A stretch of DNA of 64,000 nucleotides, from contig CAVQKE010000003.1 in assembly GCA_963713045.1 (NCBI GenBank), forward strand, positions 448,001 through 512,000. The letters run 5' to 3'. The number at the start of each line of letters is the position of its first letter. Position 1 is the first letter of the stretch. Below the pieces are notes generated by a model, which was given only the letters and a program-made list of their open reading frames with translations, was not told the DNA's origin and did no database searches. This DNA comes from an uncultured delta proteobacterium (GTDB lineage: Bacteria > Myxococcota > Myxococcia > Myxococcales > Myxococcaceae). Position numbers and translations under genes: made by a program. Shown piece after piece: positions 39,140 through 48,853 of this stretch.

Positions 39140-40724
39140 CTTCGCGCGCGGCGGCGCTCCTCTTGGGCCTCGTCGCAAGCAGCGCCCAGGCGCAAGGGCG
39201 TCCCGATGAGGACGTCCTGTTCGGCGCCCCTCCCGACGCCGGGGTGCCCGTACCGGTGCCGCCCCTCGGGAATCAGCCGCTCATTCCCAGCGCCGCTCCG
39301 GACCGAAGCAGCAGCACGGGTGAACAACAGATTCTCACCGGCCCGCCGGCCCAGGACGCCTTCGCCGCCGGCCTGGTGAAGGAAGACGCGCTGAAAATTG
39401 GCGGCATGTTCTACATCCGCGCCCTCACCACCATCACCCACGGCGGCAATGCAACCTTCAACGTGCCGACGCTGGTGGACGTGTATTTGGACGCCCGGCC
39501 CACCGACCAACTGCGCGCCTTCGTGCTGGGGCGTCTCGAATACGACCCGCTGCTCAGCAGCACAACCTTTGTGACCGGCTCGAACGTCGCCATCACCGGC
39601 CTGCAGACGGTGAGCAATCCAGCGGTGTACCTGGACCAGGCCTGGCTCGCCTTCGACATCGCTCACTCAGCATTCGTCACCGCCGGCGTCCAACACGTCA
39701 AATGGGGCACCGGGCACTACTTCAATCCCGATGACTTCCTGGCCAGCCAACCGGTCAACCCCCTCGCCATCTTCGACGCCAGGCTCGGTGTCAGCATGCT
39801 CCGGGTGCAAGTGCCCTGGGAGAAGGCTGGGCTGAATTTCACCGCGGTCGCGGTGTTTCAGCCGACACAGAACATCAGCACCACGGGCACCACGGTCAGT
39901 GGTGGCGGAGGGAATTCAGTCAACCTCGTCAACGGGACTCAAAACAACGAGACGGGGTTCCTCCAGGACGTGGGCGGGGCGGGAGAGGTGGAGTATGACT
40001 TCAGAGGGGGCGCGGTCGGCGTCAATGCCCTGGCCCAGAAAAGCCGTGCCTGGCGCGTTGGGGTCTACGGCACCGGCGGCCTTGGCGACTTCGACGTCTA
40101 CGGCGAGGCGGTCGTCAAGCAGTGCCTCGATTTGCCCAACCCCCCAATGCCGAACACCACCTGCGAGTACTCGGCTTCCACGAATATCGTCGTCCCAGGG
40201 GACTATTCCGGCTACGTCTTCGGCAACGTCCAGCAACCTGCCTCGCCACTCTTCCAAGGGGTGGCCGGAGTCACCTATTCCATCAACTTCGAAGGCAACA
40301 AGAGCATCACCCTGGGGGCCGAGTACTTCTACAACCGCGGGAGCTTCACGGCGAAGCAGTACCCCAACCTTCTGTTTCAGGGGGCCTATCAGCCCTTCTA
40401 CCTGGGGCGGAACTACCTGGCGGTGAGTGCCACGTTGACCGACACCACGGCGAAGACAACGTGGGTGCTGACCACGATTGGCAACCTGACCGATGTGAGC
40501 GCCATCACCCGGCTGGACTTCTTGGTGACCGTGTTGAGTTACCTCCAGGTGGAGTCCTTCGCCGCGGTGGACTATGGCCACTTGGGGGGAGAGTTCCGCT
40601 TCGGCGTGAACATCCCCAATGTCGTCTTCAACACCGGCTCCAGCTCCCCCCCACCCTGCAAACCGACCTCCTCATCCACGCCCCCATTGTCCAGCTGGGG
40701 ATGGGCCTGCGGCTCTCCCTGTGA
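39136..40724 (+). CDS. Putative outer-membrane beta-barrel protein, 1-nt frameshift near 40646-40652
   Basis: ATGA overlap; signal peptide; LDQAWL.FD, G.Q.VKWG.G..FNP.D; shifted frame ends IVQLGMGLRLSL*, an amphipathic terminal strand. Confidence 0.75.
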
Positions 40725-40807
40725 AGGGGTTTGAGTCCGGCCGACGCATCGCATTACAGTCTCACTTGCCGTGACGCCGCCCCGCGCCACGGTGAGGAGC
40801 TGCGGGG

Positions 40808-43800
40808 TTGCCCCTACTTCCAAAACACGGCCTGTATGAGCCATCGACGGAACACGACGCCTGCGGTGTGGGCTTTGTCGTACACATTCGCGGCGAGAAG
40901 TCCCGCTCCATCGTCGAGGACGCGCTCGGCATTCTCGACCGCTTAAGCCACCGCGCGGCCTGCGGGGCAGACCCCGAAACGGCCGACGGAGCGGGAATTC
41001 TCCTGCAGTTGCCCCACCGCTTCTTCAAGCGTGAGGGATTGCGGCTTGGCTTCGACATGCCCCGGCGCCGCTGCTACGGGGTGGGACAGGTTTTTCTTCC
41101 GCAGGACCCAGTTGCGCGCGCCGCCTGCGAGGCAGTTTTCGATGAGGTGACGGAAGAGGAGCACCAGCGCGTCCTGGGTTGGCGAGATGTCCCCATCGAC
41201 GAGAGTCAAATGGGGTGGCTCGCTCGGGAAAGCGTGCCGGTGCTGCGACAGATTTACATCGCCCGGCGCCGGGTGGTGCCCAGTGCCTTCGAGCGCAAGC
41301 TGTACGTCATCCGCAAGCTCGTGGAAAACCGTGTGCGCGAGCGGGGACTCGACCCGGAGGGCCGCTTCCACATCGTCAGCCTGTCTGCCGAAACCATCGT
41401 TTACAAAGGGCTGCTGCTCCCGACGCGGCTTCAGCGCTTCTACCGGGACCTCCAGGACCCGGACATGGTGAGCGCGTTGGCGCTGGTGCATTCGCGCTTC
41501 TCCACCAACACCTTTCCCACCTGGGAGTTGGCCCAGCCGTTCCGACTGATTGCCCACAACGGCGAAATCAACACCGTTCGCGGTAACCGAAACTGGCTGG
41601 CCGCCCGGCGCAGTCAGCTTCAGTCGGCGAAGTTTTTCGGCAGCGTCGACCGGCTGTTCCCCATCGTCAGCGAAGACGCCAGCGACTCGGCCCAATTCGA
41701 CAGCATGCTCGAGCTTCTCAGCATGGGCGGCCGAAGCCTCCCGCAGGCGATGATGTTGATGATTCCCGAGGCTTGGGAAAACGACCAGGGGATGGATGAT
41801 GGTCGTCGCGCCTACTATGAATACTCGAGCGCACTGCTCGAGCCCTGGGACGGACCCGCGGCCATCGCCTTCACCGATGGAACCCGCATCGGCGCCACCC
41901 TCGACCGCAACGGCCTTCGCCCAGCACGCTGGATGGAGACCGACGACGACCGCGTGATTCTCGCCTCAGAAACGGGAGTGCTGGAAGTCCCCCCAGAACG
42001 CGTCCGGCGCAAGGGCCGACTGCAGCCAGGCCGCATGTTTCTGGTCGACACCGAGGAAGGCCGCATCGTTGAGGACGACGAGCTGAAGCGGGACATCACG
42101 ACTCGCTGGCCCTACCGGCGCTGGCTCGAGAAGAACGTCTTCACCTTCGATGAACTCCCGGCCGTCCCGGCGCCGCAGCCGTTGCAAGGCGAGCAGCTTG
42201 GCCGGCTCCAACGGGCCTTCGGCTACACCGACGAGGACGTCCGACTGCTGCTCCAGCCCATGGCTCAGGACGGCCATGAGCCGGTCGGGTCCATGGGCAA
42301 CGACACGCCCCTGGCGGTTCTCAGCGACCAGGCCCCCAACCTCTTTCGATACTTCCACCAACTCTTCGCCCAAGTCACCAACCCCCCCATCGACCCCATC
42401 CGCGAGTCGCTGGTGATGACCTTGGCCACCGCCACCGGCCCGGACGGCAACACCCTGGACGAGACGCCGGAACAGTGCCACCGGCTCACCCTTCCCGGCC
42501 CCATCCTGACCAACGGGGAGATGGCGCGGCTGGCGGCCATCAAATCCCAAGGGATGTTTCAGCCGCACACCCTCTCGCTCCTCTACCCGGCGGACGGCGG
42601 GTCGGCCGCTCTACAAGAGGCGGTGGACCGTCTGACCCGGCAGGCGGCCGAGGCGCTGGACGAAGGTTGCAGCATCCTCATCCTCAGCGACCGTGGGGTG
42701 GATGCCCGCTCGGTGGCCATCCCAGTGCTGCTCGCGCTTTCCGCGGTGCACCAGCGGCTGGTCCGCGACGGCGTCCGAATGCAGACCGGCCTGCTGGTAG
42801 AGACCGCCGAAACGCGCGAAGTGCACCACTTCGCGCTCCTCTTCGGCTACGGCGCCGCCGCGGTCAACCCGTACCTGGCTTTCGACACGGTACGGGACCA
42901 AGCGGTCAACGGCGAGGTGACGCTGGACGCGCCTGCGGCGGAAGCGCGCTACCGACAGGCCATCTCCGAGGGGCTGCTCAAGGTGATGTCCAAAATGGGC
43001 ATCTCGACGCTGCAGTCCTACCGGGGTGCGCAGATTTTTGAAGCGGTTGGACTCGACCAGGCGCTGGTGGACCGACACTTCACCGGTACTCCGTCGCGGT
43101 TGGGAGGCATCGGCCTGGCCGAGCTCGGCCGCGAGGCGTTGGAGCGCCATGCCCGGGGCTTCGGACCCATGCCGGCAGACTCGCTGGTGCTCCCGGTGGG
43201 CGGCTACTACCAGTGGCGGCGCCGGGGCGAGCAACACCGATGGAACCCCACCACGCTGGCGCTGCTACAAGCCGCGGTCCGCTCGGGGGATTCCGACGCG
43301 TACGCCCAATATTCCCGAGCCGCAGACGACGAGAGCGCATCGGCGGCCACCCTGCGCGGCTTGTTGACGTTTGCCACCGAGCGCTGCACGCCGGTCCCAC
43401 TCGCCGAGGTGGAGCCGGCGAGCGAGGTGGTGAGGCGCTTCGTCACCGGAGCCATGTCCTTCGGCAGCATCAGCGCCGAGGCGCACGAGACATTGGCCAT
43501 CGCCATGAATCGCATCGGCGGCCGCAGCAACTCCGGCGAGGGTGGCGAGGAGGCCCGGCGCTATGTGCCGGATACCAACGGGGACTTGCGCCGGAGCGCC
43601 ATCAAGCAAGTGGCCTCAGCGCGCTTCGGCGTCACTGCCGAATACCTCGTCAATGCCGACGAGCTCCAAATCAAAATCGCCCAGGGAGCCAAGCCGGGAG
43701 AGGGCGGACAGCTTCCCGGCCACAAGGTGGATGAGCGCATCGCCAAGGTGCGTTGGTCCACCCCGGGGGTGACCCTCATCTCTCCCCCTCCCCACCACGA

Positions 43801-45352
43801 CATCTACTCCATCGAGGACTTGGCGCAGCTCATCTACGACTTGCAGTCGGTGAACCCGGCAGCGCGGGTGAGCGTCAAGCTGGTGAGCGAGGTGGGCGTG
43901 GGAACGGTGGCCGCCGGGGTGGCCAAGGCGGGGGCTGGCTGCGTGGTGATTTCCGGCTACGAGGGCGGCACCGGGGCCTCCCCCCTGTCGAGCATCAAAT
44001 ACGCCGGGCTGCCCTGGGAGCTGGGGCTGGCCGAGACCCAGCAGGTGTTGGTCCAAAATCAAATGCGGGACCGCATCCGGGTCCAGGTGGACGGCGGCCT
44101 GCGGACTGGGCGCGACGTGGTGGTGGCGGCCCTGCTGGGTGGCGAGGAGTTCGGCATGGCCACCGCGTCGCTGGTGGCGCTGGGCTGCATCATGCTCCGC
44201 AAGTGTCACCTCAACACCTGCTCGGTCGGCATCGCCACCCAGGACCCGGAGCTGCGCAAGCATTTCTCCGGCTCCCCGGAAGGCGTCGTTCACTTCTTCT
44301 TCTTTGTGGCCGAGGAGGTGCGGGGCCTCCTGGCCAGCCTGGGAGCCCGGACACTGGACGAAGTCGTTGGCCGGGTGGACCTGCTTCGGGCGCGGACGGA
44401 CTTGCAACACTGGAAGGCGCGGGCCCTGGACCTCTCAGCGCTTCTCGCCTCGCCCCGGGCTGCACCGGCCGTTCCCCGGCGGTGCGTCACCGTGCAGCGC
44501 AAGGACATTTCGGACCACCTGGACCACGAGCTTTTGCGCCGTACCCGCAGCACCATTGATGGGGGCCCGCCCACCATGGTGGTGCTCCCGGTGCGCAACG
44601 CGCACCGAGCGGTGGGGGCCATGCTGAGCGGGGAGATTGCCCAGCGCCGGGGAGCCAGCGGCTTGCATGACGACAGCATCCGCGTGCGGCTCCGGGGCTC
44701 CGCTGGCCAAAGTCTTGGCGCCTTCCTGGCCACTGGCCTCACGCTGGAATTGGAGGGAGACGCCAACGACTACGCCGGCAAAGGGCTGTCTGGCGGCCGC
44801 ATCATCGTTCGGCCTCCGGCCTCCAGCCGCTTTGCCCCCGAGGAGAATGTGGCGGTGGGTAATACCGTCCTCTACGGAGCAACCTCGGGCGAGCTTTACG
44901 TCTCCGGCCTGGCCGGGGAGCGCTTCGCCGTGCGCAACAGCGGTGCCACGGCGGTGGTGGAAGGCGTGGGGGACCACTGCTGTGAGTACATGACCGGGGG
45001 CGTGGTGGTGGTCCTCGGCGCCACGGGGCGCAACTTCGCCGCCGGGATGAGCGGGGGCTTGGCTTTCGTCCTGGACCGCGAGCGGCGCTTTCGAGCCCGG
45101 TGCAACACGGCGATGGTGGAGCTCGAGTCCTTGGTGGACGAGTCGGACATTTGGCTCGTCTACGGGCTTGTCGAAAACCATCTTCGCCACACTGGAAGTC
45201 CGCTTGCCCGCAGGGTGCTGGACAATTGGCAGCATCTGGTTCCGCACTTCGTGAAGGTGCTGCCCACCGACTACAAGGCCGTCTTGCAAACTCGACGGGC
45301 CGCGATGCGTCCGCCGCCGGCGCCCGCGCGGCTGCGCGCGGTGGAGGGCTGA
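40808..45352 (+). CDS. gltB: Glutamate synthase large subunit
   Basis: HDA|CGVG Ntn cysteine; HNGEINT; MSFGS; QGAKPGEGGQLPG; C-x5-C-x4-C 3Fe-4S motif; GXGXG domain; GAGGAG RBS before TTG. Confidence 0.97.
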   Translation: MPLLPKHGLYEPSTEHDACGVGFVVHIRGEKSRSIVEDALGILDRLSHRAACGADPETADGAGILLQLPHRFFKREGLRLGFDMPRRRCYGVGQVFLPQDPVARAACEAVFDEVTEEEHQRVLGWRDVPIDESQMGWLARESVPVLRQIYIARRRVVPSAFERKLYVIRKLVENRVRERGLDPEGRFHIVSLSAETIVYKGLLLPTRLQRFYRDLQDPDMVSALALVHSRFSTNTFPTWELAQPFRLIAHNGEINTVRGNRNWLAARRSQLQSAKFFGSVDRLFPIVSEDASDSAQFDSMLELLSMGGRSLPQAMMLMIPEAWENDQGMDDGRRAYYEYSSALLEPWDGPAAIAFTDGTRIGATLDRNGLRPARWMETDDDRVILASETGVLEVPPERVRRKGRLQPGRMFLVDTEEGRIVEDDELKRDITTRWPYRRWLEKNVFTFDELPAVPAPQPLQGEQLGRLQRAFGYTDEDVRLLLQPMAQDGHEPVGSMGNDTPLAVLSDQAPNLFRYFHQLFAQVTNPPIDPIRESLVMTLATATGPDGNTLDETPEQCHRLTLPGPILTNGEMARLAAIKSQGMFQPHTLSLLYPADGGSAALQEAVDRLTRQAAEALDEGCSILILSDRGVDARSVAIPVLLALSAVHQRLVRDGVRMQTGLLVETAETREVHHFALLFGYGAAAVNPYLAFDTVRDQAVNGEVTLDAPAAEARYRQAISEGLLKVMSKMGISTLQSYRGAQIFEAVGLDQALVDRHFTGTPSRLGGIGLAELGREALERHARGFGPMPADSLVLPVGGYYQWRRRGEQHRWNPTTLALLQAAVRSGDSDAYAQYSRAADDESASAATLRGLLTFATERCTPVPLAEVEPASEVVRRFVTGAMSFGSISAEAHETLAIAMNRIGGRSNSGEGGEEARRYVPDTNGDLRRSAIKQVASARFGVTAEYLVNADELQIKIAQGAKPGEGGQLPGHKVDERIAKVRWSTPGVTLISPPPHHDIYSIEDLAQLIYDLQSVNPAARVSVKLVSEVGVGTVAAGVAKAGAGCVVISGYEGGTGASPLSSIKYAGLPWELGLAETQQVLVQNQMRDRIRVQVDGGLRTGRDVVVAALLGGEEFGMATASLVALGCIMLRKCHLNTCSVGIATQDPELRKHFSGSPEGVVHFFFFVAEEVRGLLASLGARTLDEVVGRVDLLRARTDLQHWKARALDLSALLASPRAAPAVPRRCVTVQRKDISDHLDHELLRRTRSTIDGGPPTMVVLPVRNAHRAVGAMLSGEIAQRRGASGLHDDSIRVRLRGSAGQSLGAFLATGLTLELEGDANDYAGKGLSGGRIIVRPPASSRFAPEENVAVGNTVLYGATSGELYVSGLAGERFAVRNSGATAVVEGVGDHCCEYMTGGVVVVLGATGRNFAAGMSGGLAFVLDRERRFRARCNTAMVELESLVDESDIWLVYGLVENHLRHTGSPLARRVLDNWQHLVPHFVKVLPTDYKAVLQTRRAAMRPPPAPARLRAVEG

Positions 45353-45358
45353 AGCCGC

Positions 45359-46828
45359 TTGGGTAAGGTGACTGGTTTCATGGAATGGCGTCGCGCGGCA
45401 CCGGACAAGCGGGCCAAGTCCGAGCGACTCCACGACTGGACCGAATTCACCGAAGCCCTCAGCGAGGAGGGGGCGCGGCGGCAAGCCGGTCGCTGCATGG
45501 ACTGCGGCGTGCCTTTCTGCCACCAGGGGTGTCCGCTCGGAAACCTGATTCCGGAATTCAACGAGCACGTCTTCAAGAACCACTGGCAGGCCGCTTTCCT
45601 CGCGCTCGACAGCACCAACAACTTCCCGGAGTTCACTGGGCGTCTGTGCCCCGCTCCCTGCGAAGCGGCCTGCGTGTTGGCCATCGACCAGGACGCGGTC
45701 ACCATCGAGACATTGGAAAAGGAGATTGCGGAGCGTGCTTTCCAAGAGGGTTGGGTGCGCCCCCACCTGCCGGCATTCCGGACCGGCAAGCGGGTGGCGG
45801 TGGTGGGAAGCGGCCCGGCGGGGCTGGCCGCTGCCGCGCAGCTCAACCACTCAGGCCACACCGTCACCGTCTATGAGCGCGCGCCGTCACTGGGGGGCCT
45901 ACTCCGCTACGGCATCCCGGATTTCAAGCTCGAGAAGTGGGTCATCGACCGACGGCTCGCAGTGCTGGAGGAGGAGGGCGTGCTCTTCCGCACCGGCGTC
46001 GACGTGGGGCGAGAGCCCACCTTCGACGCCCTTCGGGCTGGCCACGACGCGCTGGTGCTGGCGGTCGGCGCGCAGCGGCCACGGGAGTTGGAGGTGCCTG
46101 GGCGAGAGCTGCGGGGCGTGGTGTTGGCCATGGACTTTCTCGAGGCACAAAACCGGCGGCTGGCCGGCCAGCTTGTCCCGGTGGACGCGCCCTCGGCGCG
46201 CGGCAAGCGCGTCATCATTCTCGGCGGCGGCGACACCGGCTCGGACTGTCTTGGCACCGCACTCCGGCAACAGGCATCGAACGCGCAGCAAATTGAGCTG
46301 CTGCCGATGCCTCCGCGCGAGCGTGCCGCCAACAACCCTTGGCCGCAGTGGCCGCTCATTTTCCGGACATCGTCGAGTCAAGAAGAGGGAGGCGAGCGAG
46401 CCTTTGGGCTTTTGACCCAACGACTCACCGGCGTGGAGGGCCAGCTTGCCGCTCTTCACGCGGTGCAGGTCGAGCTGACCTACGGCCCAGGCGGCGCTCC
46501 GTCCTTCCGCGAAATTCCCGGAAGCGAGGTGGTTTACCCAGTGGAGATGGTGGTGCTGGCAATGGGCTTCCTCGGGCCAGAGACGACTCCGCTGACGCAG
46601 CAGCTCGGCCTTGAGCTCGACGCCCGCGGCAACATCCGCGTCGACAGCCGCTTCGCCACCTCGGCAGCTGGCGTCTTCGCCGCAGGCGACGCCAGCCGTG
46701 GTGCCAGTCTCATTGTCTGGGCGATTTCGGACGGCCGCGAGGCGGCACGCAGCGTCGACGCATGGCTAACCGGGCAACCCTCTCGGCTGCCCACCCGTGG
46801 CGTACATCAGCCCTTCACCGCCCGGTAG
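45359..46828 (+). CDS. gltD: Glutamate synthase small subunit
   Basis: RCMDCGVPFC...CP; GRLCPAPCE; GSGPAG; GGGDTGSDC. Confidence 0.96.
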   Translation: MGKVTGFMEWRRAAPDKRAKSERLHDWTEFTEALSEEGARRQAGRCMDCGVPFCHQGCPLGNLIPEFNEHVFKNHWQAAFLALDSTNNFPEFTGRLCPAPCEAACVLAIDQDAVTIETLEKEIAERAFQEGWVRPHLPAFRTGKRVAVVGSGPAGLAAAAQLNHSGHTVTVYERAPSLGGLLRYGIPDFKLEKWVIDRRLAVLEEEGVLFRTGVDVGREPTFDALRAGHDALVLAVGAQRPRELEVPGRELRGVVLAMDFLEAQNRRLAGQLVPVDAPSARGKRVIILGGGDTGSDCLGTALRQQASNAQQIELLPMPPRERAANNPWPQWPLIFRTSSSQEEGGERAFGLLTQRLTGVEGQLAALHAVQVELTYGPGGAPSFREIPGSEVVYPVEMVVLAMGFLGPETTPLTQQLGLELDARGNIRVDSRFATSAAGVFAAGDASRGASLIVWAISDGREAARSVDAWLTGQPSRLPTRGVHQPFTAR

Positions 46829-46909
46829 CGTTGCCGAGAGCCGCCCCTCGCCGGGGAATGTGCTCAACTTCCGATGGAGATGGACGCGAACGCCCGAGCG
46901 GCGGCGAAG

Positions 46910-47827
46910 ATGAGGACGTCACCGGCCCTGGTGGTGCACGGCGGGGCGTGGAGCATCCCGGCCGACCGGCGCGAGGCGCACCGGGCCGGTTGCGCAGCGG
47001 CCGCCGAGCGGGGGCGGGACATTCTTCTGCGCGGCGCCTCTGCCTTGGACGCCGTTGAGGCAGCCATTCGTGTCATGGAGGATGACCCAACCTTCGACGC
47101 CGGGACGGGTGCGGTGCTGGTGGCCGACGGCTCGGTGGAGCTCGACGCCGGGATGATGGACGGCACCTCGCTCAAGGTGGGTGCGGTGGCCGTGGTGAAG
47201 CACTTCACAAACCCCATTTCCATCGCCCGCCGCGTCCTCGAGGCGAGCGAGCACCACTTCCTGGTGGGCGAAGGGGCCGAGGCCTTCGCCCGGGCAGAGG
47301 GTTTCTCCCCGGTGGACAACCGTTCGCTCGTCGTCCCTCGGGAGCAGGCGTTGTACGAGGAGTTTCGTTCAGGCCGGCGGAAGGCGTCGGACAGCTTTGG
47401 CCCAGCGGACACGGTGGGCGCCGTGGCCCTGGACGCCAATGGCCGCATCGCCGCCGGAAACAGCACTGGCGGCGTCTCCTTCAGCCTGCCCGGCCGGGTG
47501 GGCGACGCTCCCTTGCCGGGAATTGGCTACGCTGCCGATGACCGCCTTGGGGGAGTCGCCTGCACCGGTTGGGGCGAACACATCCTCCGGGTGGGCATGG
47601 CCATGCGCGCCCTGCAGGGCCTCGAGCGCGGGCTCGGCGCACCGGAGGCTGCCCGAGCCGCAGTGGCCCTCCTTTCGGAGCGGGTGCGCGGCATTGGCGG
47701 CCTGGTGGTGCTGGACCGCTCAGGCCAGGTGGGCATTGCGCACAGCACGCCCTGCCTTGCGCATGCCTACTGGACGGCGCGCGCACATCAGGTGGTGAGC
47801 GGCACCGCAGTCGATGCCCGGGACTAG
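46910..47827 (+). CDS. iaaA: Isoaspartyl peptidase / plant-type L-asparaginase (Ntn hydrolase)
   Basis: VHGGAW; ELDAGMMDG; D|TVGAVA nucleophile; STGG; GRVGD.P. Confidence 0.88.
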   Translation: MRTSPALVVHGGAWSIPADRREAHRAGCAAAAERGRDILLRGASALDAVEAAIRVMEDDPTFDAGTGAVLVADGSVELDAGMMDGTSLKVGAVAVVKHFTNPISIARRVLEASEHHFLVGEGAEAFARAEGFSPVDNRSLVVPREQALYEEFRSGRRKASDSFGPADTVGAVALDANGRIAAGNSTGGVSFSLPGRVGDAPLPGIGYAADDRLGGVACTGWGEHILRVGMAMRALQGLERGLGAPEAARAAVALLSERVRGIGGLVVLDRSGQVGIAHSTPCLAHAYWTARAHQVVSGTAVDARD

Positions 47828-47839
47828 GGCGGCCTCCCG

Positions 47840-48799
47840 TCAGGCGCGGGTGCGCGACGGCGGCACGCCGGTCTTGTCCGGGCCGGCGGCACTGGGGTCA
47901 ACCGCCTGCATGGACTCGAGCGCGTCGGCGACGGCGGAAATCTCATCTCCCAGCTGCTCTACCCCGGCCTTCAGCTGTGTCGCCGAGGGGTCCGCGCCAG
48001 CCGAGGAACGCACCGCCAGCACCTGGGTGTAGAGGTTTTCCAGGGTGTACCCCAACCGCACCCGCTCGGCCTCCAGGCGGGCGCCTTGCGTCCGCAGCGT
48101 CTCGCGGTGCTGCAGCTGGGCGTCTAGGGCGTTGAGGGCGCCCTCCCAGCGCTCGCGCGTCAAGGCGTCGGTCGCCGCATCCCGGCGGGCGACGACGTCC
48201 ACCCGCTCGCGTTGCAGTCGCTCGCCATCGTCACGAGTCACCAGCGCGCGCAACTCTGCTTCGCGCTTGGCCAGCTCATGAATGGTGTCCCGCAGCCCCC
48301 GCACCGACCCCTCAGGGTTACGCACCACCTCCCGCAGCACGGCCGGTCCCTTGCGAATCTCCTCGAGGAGCTTCTCGCACAGGGCGTCCACCCGGGCCAA
48401 GTTGGCTGGGTCTTGTGCGGGCTGCGGAACCGGCGTGGCCACGCCGTCGACGTCGTCTGCTTTTCGCCCGCCGCTGAAGAGCAAGCTGACACCCGGGAAG
48501 CACAACCCGAAGGCCACCCACAGCATCCAGAAAGGGCCGCCGTCGAAGACGAGATAGGTGAGGATGGCAGCCATTCCAAGGAAGACGAGCCCGCGGGCTC
48601 GCGAGCCGCCCCCGCGGCGCGCGCGTCGCTGGGCGCGCAATGCCCGCCGTTGCTCGCGCCAGGCATCCTTCCATTGCCGCGGGTCGCGGTCCCAGACCTC
48701 CCGCATTCGGGGCTCTGCTCCACCGTACCAGGCCTGGTCCATGGCCCGTCGCATCCGGGCCACGCTTTCATCCAGGGAGTCTCGACGCTCGTCGACCAC
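47840..48799 (-). CDS. Hypothetical two-TM protein with long C-terminal coiled coil
   Basis: GGAGG RBS before GTG 48799; two hydrophobic helices then heptad-rich region. Confidence 0.7.
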   Translation of the reverse strand: MVDERRDSLDESVARMRRAMDQAWYGGAEPRMREVWDRDPRQWKDAWREQRRALRAQRRARRGGGSRARGLVFLGMAAILTYLVFDGGPFWMLWVAFGLCFPGVSLLFSGGRKADDVDGVATPVPQPAQDPANLARVDALCEKLLEEIRKGPAVLREVVRNPEGSVRGLRDTIHELAKREAELRALVTRDDGERLQRERVDVVARRDAATDALTRERWEGALNALDAQLQHRETLRTQGARLEAERVRLGYTLENLYTQVLAVRSSAGADPSATQLKAGVEQLGDEISAVADALESMQAVDPSAAGPDKTGVPPSRTRA

Positions 48800-48853
48800 G
48801 CAGGTGCCTCCAATGAAGAAGGACTCAGTCTTAACGCGCACCCGGCCCTGCCG

